Of a DNA stretch of 64,000 nt, positions 51,159 to 60,936 are shown piece after piece (positions within the stretch are counted from its first letter, which is position 1; each line of letters begins with the position of its first letter). Under the pieces are notes generated by a model that was not told where the DNA came from, ran no database searches, and saw only the letters and a list, made by a program, of their open reading frames with translations. Origin of the DNA: Deltaproteobacteria bacterium (GTDB taxonomy: Bacteria; Myxococcota; Kuafuiibacteriia; Kuafuiibacteriales; Kuafuiibacteriaceae). The position numbers and the translations under genes were made by a program. The stretch is taken from positions 192,001 to 256,000 of the forward strand of contig JAVJQW010000067.1 of the NCBI GenBank assembly GCA_040218735.1, written 5' to 3'.

Positions 51159-51491
51159 ATGCGAGCCCTGATGCTCCTGTCCACGGTCGGTCTCTTCGCG
51201 CTCGGCGCCTGCGCGCCGCTGCAGAACCAGACGCACTACGAGCGCTGGGACGCCTACGCGGCGGCTCACCCCGAGGACATGGAAGAGGAGGACGGCCCCG
51301 AGGCCGCCCCCAAGGACATGAAGAAGGCCCCGGCGGCGAAGCCGGCGCCCAAGAAGCCGGCCCCGCCGCCGCCCGCCGCGCCCGCGGACTACAGCTCGCT
51401 GGGCTCCGGGACGCCGGCGATATCGGGGACGCAGACCGCGACGAAGAGCCGCGTGGTCACCCCCGAGCCGGAAGACGAACCGCTCTACTGA
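51159..51491 (+). CDS. Small Pro/Lys-rich lipoprotein
   Basis: Lipobox LGAC. Ends 10 bp upstream of the regulator gene. Confidence 0.65.
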   Translation: MRALMLLSTVGLFALGACAPLQNQTHYERWDAYAAAHPEDMEEEDGPEAAPKDMKKAPAAKPAPKKPAPPPPAAPADYSSLGSGTPAISGTQTATKSRVVTPEPEDEPLY

Positions 51492-51501
51492 GTGGATTCG
51501 T

Positions 51502-52953
51502 ATGTCGGAAGCCAAACGCACCGTCCTCGTCGCTGACGACGAGGCGAACCTACGCAAGGTGCTGTCCGCGCTGTTGCGCCGGGAGGGGTACGAGGTCCTC
51601 TCCGCGGCGGACGGCGAGGAGGCGTGGGAGATCCTCCAGAAGAGCCCCGTCGACGTCCTGCTGACGGACCTGAAGATGCCGCGCCTGGACGGCATGACGC
51701 TCCTGGAGCGCGTGCTCGAGGCCGAGCTCGGCGTGCCGGTGGTGATGCTGACGGCGCACGGCACCGTCGACACCGCGGTGACGGCGATGAAGCTCGGGGC
51801 GTTCGACTACCTGACGAAGCCGTACGACCAGGAGGAGCTGCGGCTCATCATCCAGAAGGCGGCGGCGACGGCGGACCTCGCGACGACCGAGCCCGCGGAG
51901 GCGGTGGAGGGTCGCTTCGGGATCATCGGGCGGAGCCCGGCGCTCGAAGAGGTGTTCGTCACGATCGAGAAGGTCGCAGCGAGCCCGTCGACGGTGTTGA
52001 TCACCGGGGAGTCCGGTACCGGCAAGGAGCTGGTGGCGGCGGCGCTGCACAAACACTCGCCGCGCAAGGACAAGCCGTTCATCAAGATCAACTGCGCGGC
52101 GATCCCGCGGGATCTGATCGAGAGCGAGCTGTTCGGGTACGAGCGCGGCGCGTTCACGGGTGCGGTGGGATCGAAGCCCGGGCGGTTCGAGCTCGCGGAC
52201 GAGGGGACGTTGTTCCTCGACGAGATCGGCACGATCGGGATGGAGATGCAGGTGAAGCTCCTGCGTGCGCTCCAGGAGTCGGAGTTCGAGCGCGTCGGTG
52301 GGGTGACGACGACGTCGGTGAACGTCCGGCTGGTCGCGGCGACGAACGCGAACCTCGAGGCGGACGCTGCGGCGGGTCGGTTCCGCGAGGATCTTTACTA
52401 CCGGCTGAACGTGGTGCCGATCGCCCTGCCCCCGCTGCGGGAGCGGCGCGACGACATCCCGCTGCTCGTGAAGTACTTCCTCGACAAGTACAACGCGCGG
52501 CTCGGCAAGCAGGTGGAGCGGCTGTCGGACGAGGCGATGGATCGGTTGGCGGTCTACGGCTGGCCGGGGAACATCCGCGAGCTCGAAAACGTGATGGAGC
52601 GCGGGGTGTTGTTCGCGGAGGGCGAGGTGCTGTCGCTCGACGAGCTGCCGAACGCGCTGCGGGACAGCGAGCCGGGATCGGCGTCGCGGCCGCCGCGCGA
52701 GTCGCAGGATCTGCCGCGGTCGGGCCCGGTGGGGCCGCTGAAGGAGATCGTCAAGGCGCACACGGAGACGCTGGAGAAGGACCTCATCACGCGGGCGCTG
52801 GAGGAGACGGGCGGAAACGTCACGAAGGCGGCGCGGAAGCTGGAGATCTCGCGGAAGAGCCTCCAGAACAAGATGAAGGAGCTGGGCCTACGTGATGCGC
52901 CCGAGGACGGGGAAGCCCAGGACTCGAACCCTCCGGAGCCCAGCCAAACTTGA
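51502..52953 (+). CDS. NtrC-family sigma54-dependent response regulator
   Basis: Receiver (ADDE, TDLKMP, YLTKP), GESGTGKE, GAFTGA, LFLDEIG, HTH. Confidence 0.96.
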   Translation: MSEAKRTVLVADDEANLRKVLSALLRREGYEVLSAADGEEAWEILQKSPVDVLLTDLKMPRLDGMTLLERVLEAELGVPVVMLTAHGTVDTAVTAMKLGAFDYLTKPYDQEELRLIIQKAAATADLATTEPAEAVEGRFGIIGRSPALEEVFVTIEKVAASPSTVLITGESGTGKELVAAALHKHSPRKDKPFIKINCAAIPRDLIESELFGYERGAFTGAVGSKPGRFELADEGTLFLDEIGTIGMEMQVKLLRALQESEFERVGGVTTTSVNVRLVAATNANLEADAAAGRFREDLYYRLNVVPIALPPLRERRDDIPLLVKYFLDKYNARLGKQVERLSDEAMDRLAVYGWPGNIRELENVMERGVLFAEGEVLSLDELPNALRDSEPGSASRPPRESQDLPRSGPVGPLKEIVKAHTETLEKDLITRALEETGGNVTKAARKLEISRKSLQNKMKELGLRDAPEDGEAQDSNPPEPSQT

Positions 52954-52991
52954 CGGGATCACTGGGCTGGTTTACCGCCAAACGTGGCGGG

Positions 52992-54419
52992 ATGCGCACG
53001 TTCTTCAGGCACACGGCCGTCCTGCTCGCGCTGAGCGCGGGCACGGCGGAGGCGGCGTATCCGACGAAGGTGATGTCGGCGTTGGAGGACGACAAGCGCC
53101 TCCCGGACATCCAGGTCGGTGTGGGCTACGACTTCTCGTCGAAGTCGGCGCAGATCACGCGCGAGTGGGTGCAGGTCGACAACGCGGGGAACCGTTCCGC
53201 GATCGACGTCGCGGAGCTCGACTACGCCGAGCTCGTGCACCGTTTGAACATGGAGGTGCGGGTCGGGCTGTTCCGGGATCTGGAGCTGCACATCTACGCG
53301 CCGGTGGTGCTGTCGGACACTTCGGAGATCGGCTTCTCCGAGGGCGTCGCGGGGCGGTCGACGATCTTCGGGAGCGCGAACGCCAACGATCCGAACTTCG
53401 CGATGGGCGACAACTATCGGTTCCCGATCACGCAGGTGCCGGCGAAGCGCTCGCGGTCGGGGTTCGGGGACATGACGTTCGGTCTGTCGTGGTCCCCGTT
53501 GAACGACGCGAAGGACGAGGCGTACCCGACGATCACGTTGACGGGTGACATCACCGCGCCGACCGGCACGTGGCGTGACCCGCAGGACCAGGACGCGGCG
53601 TCGGGGAACGGCAGCGGCGGCGTGGGGCTCGGTCAGACGATCTTCGACCTCTCGATCGGGGCGTCGCGGCGCATGTTGAAGGGTGTGCCGGCGCTGGATC
53701 CGTACATGGTGTTCGGCGCGACGATCCCGGTGGCGACGAAGGTGCCGGAGCAGCTGGAGATGACGCCGCCGCCTTCGGGTCGGTTCATCGTCGGCACCGA
53801 GGTGGTCTTCCACGACGATCCGGAGGAGCGGGTTCGTTACTCGATCGATGTGTCGTTTGCGCTGAAGTACATCGGCATCGGGCGGACCTACAGCGAGCTG
53901 TCGGACTACCTCCCGGACTTCAACCAGAAGAAGGTCACGGACCCGTCGGGCGTGGGCCGCGACAGCGTGAACTACGACGACTACGCGGACCCGGCGAACT
54001 ACGACGCGCGCGTGATGGGCAACTGCCTCGGCGTGGATCCGAACTCGGGCGTGACGCTGCTGCCGGGTGTGCCGTGCGGCGAGCTGAACCAGGTCGACGA
54101 GCACATGCGGATGACGGGTGCGATCACGGTGCACCTGCAGCCCTCGAAGTACTTCCTCCTCCGCGCGGGCGCCGCGCTCGGGTTCACGACGAACCACCTC
54201 ATCACGGCGGAGAAGGTCGGCACGGACACGGACCCCGCGGACGCCAACAACATGGCGTGCGCCGGCGGCTGCGTCGGCCGCGTGAACGCGGTGAACTCGG
54301 CCGGCGTCGATGAGCGCTCGGTGCACTACGATCCGCGCTACGACACCCCGGGGCGCCGCTTCCGCGCCGAGGACATCCTCAACCTGATGCTGTTCCTGAC
54401 GGCGAACCTCACCTTCTAG
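52992..54419 (+). CDS. Predicted outer-membrane beta-barrel protein
   Basis: Signal peptide MRTFF...AEA, 'SGFGDMTFG', 'APTG', amphipathic strands and a terminal Phe. Confidence 0.65.
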   Translation: MRTFFRHTAVLLALSAGTAEAAYPTKVMSALEDDKRLPDIQVGVGYDFSSKSAQITREWVQVDNAGNRSAIDVAELDYAELVHRLNMEVRVGLFRDLELHIYAPVVLSDTSEIGFSEGVAGRSTIFGSANANDPNFAMGDNYRFPITQVPAKRSRSGFGDMTFGLSWSPLNDAKDEAYPTITLTGDITAPTGTWRDPQDQDAASGNGSGGVGLGQTIFDLSIGASRRMLKGVPALDPYMVFGATIPVATKVPEQLEMTPPPSGRFIVGTEVVFHDDPEERVRYSIDVSFALKYIGIGRTYSELSDYLPDFNQKKVTDPSGVGRDSVNYDDYADPANYDARVMGNCLGVDPNSGVTLLPGVPCGELNQVDEHMRMTGAITVHLQPSKYFLLRAGAALGFTTNHLITAEKVGTDTDPADANNMACAGGCVGRVNAVNSAGVDERSVHYDPRYDTPGRRFRAEDILNLMLFLTANLTF

Positions 54420-54792
54420 CGACCGCCGCTTCGGAGGGTTCACGGGGAGACGGCGAGGACGGGAGATGCCGTGCCTCGAAGTGATCGCATTCGCGCAGGC
54501 CCACCCTGTCCTTTTGCGTTTGGGCTCCTGGGACGCGGTCCGCATCGCCTCTGCACCTCCCTGTCCTCACTGCCTCCCTGTTGATTGTTCAGATCTGGGA
54601 AGCACGGCGCTCGAAGCCTTCTGAGCGACCGCCGCTTCGGAGGGTTCACAGGGAGACGGCGAGGACAAAAGATGCCGTGCCTCGAAGTGATCGCATTCGC
54701 GCAGGCCCACCCTGTCCTTTTGGGTTTGGGCTCCTGGGACGCGGTCCGCGTCGCCTCTGCACCTCCCTGTCCTCACTGCCTCCCTGTTGATT
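54418..54792. repeat. ~169-bp element duplicated in tandem (54418-54586, 54624-54792; period 206), each copy a long imperfect hairpin
   Basis: About 6 mismatches between the copies. Terminal arms are TCACAGGGAGACGGCGAGGAC / GTCCTCACTGCCTCCCTGTTGA. Confidence 0.9.
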
Positions 54793-54862
54793 TTCAGGAC
54801 GAGGAAGCGCGAGCGTCGAAGCCCGTTGACACGGGATGCGGGCCTTTCGAGTTTCACCCTCG

Positions 54863-55696
54863 ATGTCGGTCGACGCCCTCACCCGCCGTGCCATCGCCCT
54901 CGCCCTGGAGGAGGACTTCGGGCCGGGCGACGTGACGTCCTCGTTGATCGACGCGGACGCGACGGGACGCGCGACGGTGCGCGTGAAGTCGCCGCTGGTG
55001 TTGGCGGGTCAGGACGCGTTCACGGAGGTGTTCCGTCAGGTCGACGCGTCGATGACGGTGCGCTTCGACGTGCCGGACGGGACGGCGCTCGCGCCCGGCG
55101 ACTCGGCGGGGGAGGTGTCGGGATCGGCGCGGTCGATCCTGATGGCGGAGCGCACGGCGCTGAACCTGTTGCAGCGGATGTGTGGGATCGCGTCGATGTC
55201 GCGGCGCGCGGCGGATGCGGTGGCCGGGACGAAGGCGCGCGTCGTCGACACGCGGAAAACGACGCCGGCGTGGCGTGCGTTGGAGAAGGCGGCGGTGCGC
55301 GCGGGCGGTTGTCACAACCACCGCTTCGGGTTGTTCGACGGGGTGTTGATCAAGGACAACCATGTCGCTTCGAAGGGCGGCGTGCGGGCGGCGATCGAGG
55401 CGGCGCGTGCGTCGGCGCATCACCTGCTGAAGATCGAGTGTGAGGTCGATTCGCTGGAGCAGCTCGAGGAGGCGCTCGCGGCCGGTGCGGACGTGGTGCT
55501 GCTCGACAACATGGACAACGCCACGATGACGGAGGCGGTGCGCATCACCGCGGGCCGCGCGATCCTGGAGGCGAGCGGTGGTGTGACGTTGGACCGGTTG
55601 CCGTCGATCGCGAAGACGGGTGTGGATCTCATCTCGATGGGCGCCCTGACCCACAGCGCGAAGGCGGCGGACATCTCGTTGGATTGGATCGCATGA
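54863..55696 (+). CDS. nadC: Nicotinate-nucleotide pyrophosphorylase (carboxylating)
   Basis: ALEED..GDVT, ERTALN, DTRKTTP, HRFGL.D..LIKDNH, LLDN, EASGG. Confidence 0.97.
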   Translation: MSVDALTRRAIALALEEDFGPGDVTSSLIDADATGRATVRVKSPLVLAGQDAFTEVFRQVDASMTVRFDVPDGTALAPGDSAGEVSGSARSILMAERTALNLLQRMCGIASMSRRAADAVAGTKARVVDTRKTTPAWRALEKAAVRAGGCHNHRFGLFDGVLIKDNHVASKGGVRAAIEAARASAHHLLKIECEVDSLEQLEEALAAGADVVLLDNMDNATMTEAVRITAGRAILEASGGVTLDRLPSIAKTGVDLISMGALTHSAKAADISLDWIA

Positions 55697-56529
55697 AGGT
55701 CGTCGAGCCCGGCAGCCCGGATTGGTTGAAGCGGGCGTTCGACATCGAGCCGTACCTCGAGACGGAGCGCTTTGCGCGTCTGGTCGAGGTGGTGTCTTCG
55801 CTCGACAGCACCAACGCGCGCGCGAAGATCTTGGCGCGCGAGGGGGCGTCGCACGGGCTCGCGGTGGTGGCGTTCGAGCAGACGGCGGGGCGCGGTCAGC
55901 GGGGGCACACGTGGTTCAGCCCGCCGGGCGCGGGGTTGTACGTGTCGTTCGTGGCGCGGCCGAAGTTGGTGCCGCGGATGGCGCCGACGTTGACGTTGGT
56001 CGCGGGCCTGGCGGCGCGGGACGCGTTGGCGCAGTTCACGGAGGCGCGGCTGGCGATCAAGTGGCCGAACGACGTCATCGTGGCGAGCGGTCCCGAGCGC
56101 GGGCGGAAGCTGGCGGGGATCTTGGTCGAGGCGTCGGCGGACAACTTCAAGATCGATCACGCGGTGCTGGGGTTCGGGGCGAACCTGTTCGCGGTGGACT
56201 ACCCTTCGGAGATCACGTCGCGGGCGACGTCGTTGGAGGCGTTGGGCTCGCGGGAGTTGTCGCACGCGCGGGTGTTGGCGGCGTTGGCGGACGAGCTGGA
56301 GGCGCGTCTGGACGACGCGGATTCGCGGGGCCTGGAGGTCGCGGCGAAGGACTGGAGCCGGCATGCGCTGGGGCGCGGCGAGGCGGTGACGGTGGTCGCG
56401 GAGGACGGTGAGACCCGGGGGATTCTGCGGGGGATCGCCGAGGACGGGGCGTTGTTGTTGGCCACGGCGGACGGGACGAAGGCGATTTACCGGGGCCAGC
56501 TGGCGGTCGAGGGCGTGCCCCCGAGATGA
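55693..56529 (+). CDS. birA: Biotin--protein ligase (no N-terminal HTH)
   Basis: DSTN, EQTAGRGQRG..W.SP, IKWPND, KLAGILVE. Confidence 0.93.
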   Translation: MKVVEPGSPDWLKRAFDIEPYLETERFARLVEVVSSLDSTNARAKILAREGASHGLAVVAFEQTAGRGQRGHTWFSPPGAGLYVSFVARPKLVPRMAPTLTLVAGLAARDALAQFTEARLAIKWPNDVIVASGPERGRKLAGILVEASADNFKIDHAVLGFGANLFAVDYPSEITSRATSLEALGSRELSHARVLAALADELEARLDDADSRGLEVAAKDWSRHALGRGEAVTVVAEDGETRGILRGIAEDGALLLATADGTKAIYRGQLAVEGVPPR

Positions 56530-56569
56530 CACACACCTTCAGGTGAGGTTCGGCCGATAACCCTCGGCG

Positions 56570-57688
56570 ATGACGACGATGCCCGCACGCCCGACGCCTT
56601 CCGAGTTCTCGCAGGCGGTGGTGACGGAGGTGGTAGAGCCCGCGCTGGAGGCCGTCTCCGGCACCGACGGGCGAACGAGCCGCAGCGAGGCGGGTCGGAT
56701 CGCGGGGTTGTCGGGGCGGCCGGCGCTGGCGGGTCCGGCGGTGGATGCGTACTTCGATTCGACGGGGTACGGCTCTTCGAAGACCACGCGGGTCGCGGAC
56801 GGGATCTCGGCGGCGACGATGCAGGATGCGTCGCGGGCGCGGCGTTCGGACGGGACGGTGGATCCGCGGCGGCTGCCGGCGCGGTTGCAGGTGCTCTACC
56901 GCGAGCTGGGGGGTGCGGAGGCGTCGTCGCGGCCGCGTTATTCGCAGGCGGTGGTGGACCGGTTGATGGGTCAGTACGGTCTGACGGACGAGGCGGCGTT
57001 CATCGCGGAGGCGCGGCGGCACGACGACGGCAACGGTTACCTGAAGACGTCGGAGCTCGAGGCGGCGGCGCGGGTGTTGAGCGGTGCGGCGCACGACTTG
57101 GGAATCATTTCGGACCTCGACAAGACGATCATCCCGGAGCACGGCGACACGTTGCCGGCGAGCCCTTACCCTGGCATCGCGCAGCTGTTGGTGGAGTTGG
57201 AGGGGGTCGACGGGAACGCGGGTGACCTGACGTTCGTGACGGCGAGGACCCCGGACAGCGCGGCGCCGGTGCCTCAGTGGTTGCGTCGGCACGGTGTCCC
57301 GGAGGGGCCGATCGAGACGGGGGTCTCGGGGGTGCCGTGGGTCGCGCGTCGGGAGAAGGTGGCCGACATCTCGCGGGCCTTCGATGCGAGCCCGGACAAG
57401 TCGTTCGTGCTCTTCGGCGACAGCAGCCACGTCGACCCGGACGCCTACCGCGACATCGTCGCGAAGTACGGCGACCGCGTCCGCGCGGCCTTCATCCACC
57501 GCGTCACGAACAACGTCGACCCGGCGCGGGTCGAGGGCCTGCACCTGATCGAAAACTACGCGGAGGCGGCGGCGGTGCTCTTGGGGGCGGGTGTCCTGGA
57601 CCGCGCCGCTGCAGAACGCGTTATGGTGGCCGCGCAGATCAACGGCCTGGATATCACGGACCGGCAGATCGAGCGCCTCCTCGGGTAG
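56570..57688 (+). CDS. App1/DUF2183-like HAD phosphatase with N-terminal extension
   Basis: IISDLDKT (DxDxT), FVTAR, K, LFGDSSHVDPDAY. Confidence 0.75.
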   Translation: MTTMPARPTPSEFSQAVVTEVVEPALEAVSGTDGRTSRSEAGRIAGLSGRPALAGPAVDAYFDSTGYGSSKTTRVADGISAATMQDASRARRSDGTVDPRRLPARLQVLYRELGGAEASSRPRYSQAVVDRLMGQYGLTDEAAFIAEARRHDDGNGYLKTSELEAAARVLSGAAHDLGIISDLDKTIIPEHGDTLPASPYPGIAQLLVELEGVDGNAGDLTFVTARTPDSAAPVPQWLRRHGVPEGPIETGVSGVPWVARREKVADISRAFDASPDKSFVLFGDSSHVDPDAYRDIVAKYGDRVRAAFIHRVTNNVDPARVEGLHLIENYAEAAAVLLGAGVLDRAAAERVMVAAQINGLDITDRQIERLLG

Positions 57689-57730
57689 TGCTTGATTCGT
57701 CCGGAGCGATGTGGTTCATACGTCGCTCGC

Positions 57731-57803
<73 letters not shown>

Positions 57804-57809
57804 CTTCAC

Positions 57810-57843
57810 AAGGGCTCGGTATCGTTCATGATACCGGGCCCTT
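57810..57843 (+). terminator. Hairpin after tRNA (terminator-like)
   Basis: 14-bp stem AAGGGCTCGGTATC/GATACCGGGCCCTT with a weak U tract. Confidence 0.6.
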
Positions 57844-58100
57844 CGTCGTTTGGAGCGCCGGGTCCGACGAGCGCTCTGGGCCAGTCTTGGGCCACTTACA
57901 CCTCGACGGATTCGAGACCGTCGTAAGTCGCACCGTCACGGAGCGGGCGCACGTAAGTCCCCGGCGGCGTCGTGCGACTTGCGGCGATCGCGGCGTAAGT
58001 CGGGCTGCGCGGCGACGTGCCGCGACGACTTGCGAGTCGAGCACCACGCCCAGGATCCCGCACGGATACCCGTCCAGCCGGCTCAGCTAGGAGTCGACAC

Positions 58101-59231
58101 GTGACGAGGAAGAACACCAAGAGACGAAGCAAGACCAACAAGCCCATCCAACACGGGAGCGCCTGGCGCATCCGCTGGACCGACGAGCACGGCAAGCGCC
58201 GTAGCGAGACCTTCGGCGATCGCGAAGACGCAGCGTTCCAGCTGAACCGCCGGCTCGTCGCGGTCGAGGAGCGAAGGCGCGGCCTACGAGCCTTGAGCCC
58301 CGCCCGGAAGACGTTCGCGGAGGCCGCGGATCTCTGGCTGGAGGTGAAGCACGCGAAGCGAAGCCTCGCCACCGACAGGAGCTTCCTCCGGTGCCACCTG
58401 CTCCCAGAGTTCGGCGACGTGGAGCTACGCGAGATCGGCGCTCGCGAGGCGGCGCGTTACGAGAAGACGCGAGCGGGCCGGCTCGCCCCGAACACAATCT
58501 ACCTCCACCTGTCGCTGCTGATCTCGATCCTCCGGTTGGCGCACCAGGAGGAGTGGCTCGGCAAGGTCCCGGCGATCAAGAAGCCGAAGCCCACGCTGAG
58601 GCAGCACACCGAGGTCGACGCTGCGGGCGTACCGCACGAACGCTTCCCGCACTTGGAGACGCAGGACGAGATCCAGCGGTTCCTCGACGCCGCACGTGAA
58701 CAGGACCCGCTGGTCTTCGTGCTCTACGCGGTGCCCATCTACTCGGGGCTCCGCCTCGGCGAGGTCTGCGGCCTGACGGTCGCAAGCCTCGACTTCGACG
58801 GTCGAGTGATGCGCATCCACCGGAGCTACGGCGGGCCGACCAAGACCGCGAAGAGCCGCGTCGTGCCGATCCTCGACCCCCTGCTTCCGCTCCTGCGCGC
58901 GCGGGCGAACCAGATCGGATCCGGGCTCCTCTTCCCGAACCAAGGTGGCGGGCTCCTCCGCCGAGACGCCCCCTACTTCCGCAAAGCCCGCTACTTCGGC
59001 CGCACGCTCGAAGCGGCCGGCTTCCCGGACGACTACATCACGTACCACGACCTGCGGCACACGTTCGCGTCGCACTGGATGCGCAACGGCGGTTGCATCT
59101 ACCGGCTCCAGAGCATCCTCGGACACAGCTCTCCAAAGATGACCCAGCGGTACGCGCACCTGGCCCCGGACGTGTTCAAGGACGACCTCGACCGCCTGCC
59201 GAGCCTCCAGCCCGCTCTTCGGGCGGTGTAG
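58101..59231 (+). CDS. Tyrosine recombinase / phage-type integrase
   Basis: AGGAG RBS and GTG start. N-terminal arm-binding 'WRIRWTD..GKR' and catalytic GLRLGE, TKT, HDLRH, LGHS, TQRY. Confidence 0.95.
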   Translation: MTRKNTKRRSKTNKPIQHGSAWRIRWTDEHGKRRSETFGDREDAAFQLNRRLVAVEERRRGLRALSPARKTFAEAADLWLEVKHAKRSLATDRSFLRCHLLPEFGDVELREIGAREAARYEKTRAGRLAPNTIYLHLSLLISILRLAHQEEWLGKVPAIKKPKPTLRQHTEVDAAGVPHERFPHLETQDEIQRFLDAAREQDPLVFVLYAVPIYSGLRLGEVCGLTVASLDFDGRVMRIHRSYGGPTKTAKSRVVPILDPLLPLLRARANQIGSGLLFPNQGGGLLRRDAPYFRKARYFGRTLEAAGFPDDYITYHDLRHTFASHWMRNGGCIYRLQSILGHSSPKMTQRYAHLAPDVFKDDLDRLPSLQPALRAV

Positions 59232-59241
59232 CTGTTCTCCG

Positions 59242-60936
59242 TCAGAACTCCAGGTGGTGAACCGCTGCCGCCGCTGCCGCTTCCAGAGAGTTCTTGGCCT
59301 TCGCGAGGCGCCGCTCTAGCCGGTCGAGCAGCGCCCTTAGCTCGTCCACTTTGTTCGCGATTCGGTCCTGTTCGGCCGATGGAGGAACTGGCACGCGGAT
59401 GAGTTTCAGCTTCTCCGCCTTGATTCCGGTGGCGGTCATTCCGGTCGCTCGTTCCGCCAATCTCGCCTGGAACCATGGACTGAGGAGCACCCACATCATG
59501 TAGCGCGTATCGATCGTGCCGTAGGGCTGGAGGTCGATGATGCGTTGAGCGAGTGCAAACCGGTCCCCAATGTCGACCAACGCAGCCTTGCCCATCGGTG
59601 CCTCCGTCGTGAACAGGATGTCGCCGGGCCGTGGGATGCCGCGTGTCATCCACTCATCGTACGTTGAAGGCGCCACGTACTCGCGCGGTTCCTCTTTGAC
59701 ATAGCCATCGCGGACGTTCTTCGCCGTAATCAGCAGGACGCCGGATTCGGTCTTCCGCGGCGTCTTGCCTCGGTAGTCAATGAATCGAAAGAGGTCTTGG
59801 AGAGGAGCCCAGGCCCAGCCATTTGGAAGTTCGTCGGCCTCATGGAAGTCGGCACGGTCTCGTGCGAACCGCGCCTTCTTCTGTGCAAGCGCTTCTTGTC
59901 TTGCCTTCGCGACGTGCCCCAGCAACGTCTCTGCCGACTCGTCGTTCGGGTCCTGGGGCACGAGGCGCCCGCGTACCGCGAGCTGGAGAACGGTCTGGCG
60001 GAGGGGCTCGACATCGGCGGGGTCGGTGAACAGCTCGTGGATGTGGCTCGCGATGCGCGCCCAAGCAACCTCGACCTCCTCCGGCGTGTCGGCGTCCTGG
60101 AGTGCGGCGAGCGCGGCGTCCCGCAGCGCGGCGCGGGTGCCCTCGCGAGCGTTCCGAGCGGCCTCCAGCCGGTTGAGCAACCCCATCAGCTCATCGACCC
60201 GGCCAACAATGCGCCGCTGCTCAGCAAGAGGAGGAACCGGCAGCAAAGCTCGATTGAGCTTGGTCAGCGTTACGCGCTGGATTGCGCTGCCGGACATCGC
60301 ACCACGGACTTGGTCGTAGAAGAACGGTGAGCGCATTGCCCAGCAGGCCCACCAGGCGTCGAACAGTCCACCGACCTTCAGGAGTCCTACGCTGGACAAG
60401 AGGCTGAAAGGCCGGTCCAGATCGTTCACGGTTACGACACCCGTCGTCGCTCCATCCTTGACGTAGAGCACGTCGCCAAGTTCGGGGTCACAGCGGGCGA
60501 ATATCTCGTCGTGAACGTGGGTCGAAACGTAGGTGATATCGCGAAGCGACACACCGTCCTCCTTGATATTCTTCGCGGTAACGTAGAGGTGGTCACCAAC
60601 CGGGCCATTGGGAGGAGAGTGATGCGTACCGTCGGAGATCTTGATGAAGAGTGTGCCCAGTCTCGCCCACCGCCAGCCCGGGGGTAACTCAAACTGGATA
60701 TCCTCACCCGTAATGAGCGGCAGCTTCTTTGATCTACGAAGCCGACCCGCCTCCACGAGCGCAGCTCGACGCGCCTCTACCCGTTCTAGTAGGGCGGTTG
60801 CGGGCTCATCATTCGAGTGCTGAGCCACCAGCTTTCCGCGAACTGCAAGCTCAAGCACCAGCTCGCGCACTCGCATGATGCCGTCAGCCGCCTCCGCCAG
60901 CTTGTCAAAGGCCGCGATCAGGTCGTGCGGCGTCAC
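59242..60936 (-). CDS. hsdS: Type I restriction-modification specificity subunit (EcoAI-like long form)
   Basis: Two TRDs, each preceded by 'LAVRG.LV.Q..NDE.A..LL' and 'ELP.GW.W', and followed by 'PVPP..EQ.RI'. GTG overlaps the hsdM stop. Confidence 0.93.
   Translation of the reverse strand: MTPHDLIAAFDKLAEAADGIMRVRELVLELAVRGKLVAQHSNDEPATALLERVEARRAALVEAGRLRRSKKLPLITGEDIQFELPPGWRWARLGTLFIKISDGTHHSPPNGPVGDHLYVTAKNIKEDGVSLRDITYVSTHVHDEIFARCDPELGDVLYVKDGATTGVVTVNDLDRPFSLLSSVGLLKVGGLFDAWWACWAMRSPFFYDQVRGAMSGSAIQRVTLTKLNRALLPVPPLAEQRRIVGRVDELMGLLNRLEAARNAREGTRAALRDAALAALQDADTPEEVEVAWARIASHIHELFTDPADVEPLRQTVLQLAVRGRLVPQDPNDESAETLLGHVAKARQEALAQKKARFARDRADFHEADELPNGWAWAPLQDLFRFIDYRGKTPRKTESGVLLITAKNVRDGYVKEEPREYVAPSTYDEWMTRGIPRPGDILFTTEAPMGKAALVDIGDRFALAQRIIDLQPYGTIDTRYMMWVLLSPWFQARLAERATGMTATGIKAEKLKLIRVPVPPSAEQDRIANKVDELRALLDRLERRLAKAKNSLEAAAAAAVHHLEF

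Noticed and set aside
34085-54792. CRISPR interpretation of the 84-bp and 206-bp period repeats
   Set aside because: Each has only two copies, there are no unique spacers of regular length, and no cas genes are present.
58101-60936. Phase-variable hsdS shufflon driven by the adjacent recombinase
   Set aside because: There is only one hsdS, with no silent TRD cassettes or flanking inverted repeats in view. The recombinase has an arm-binding N-terminus and sits by a tRNA, as island integrases do.
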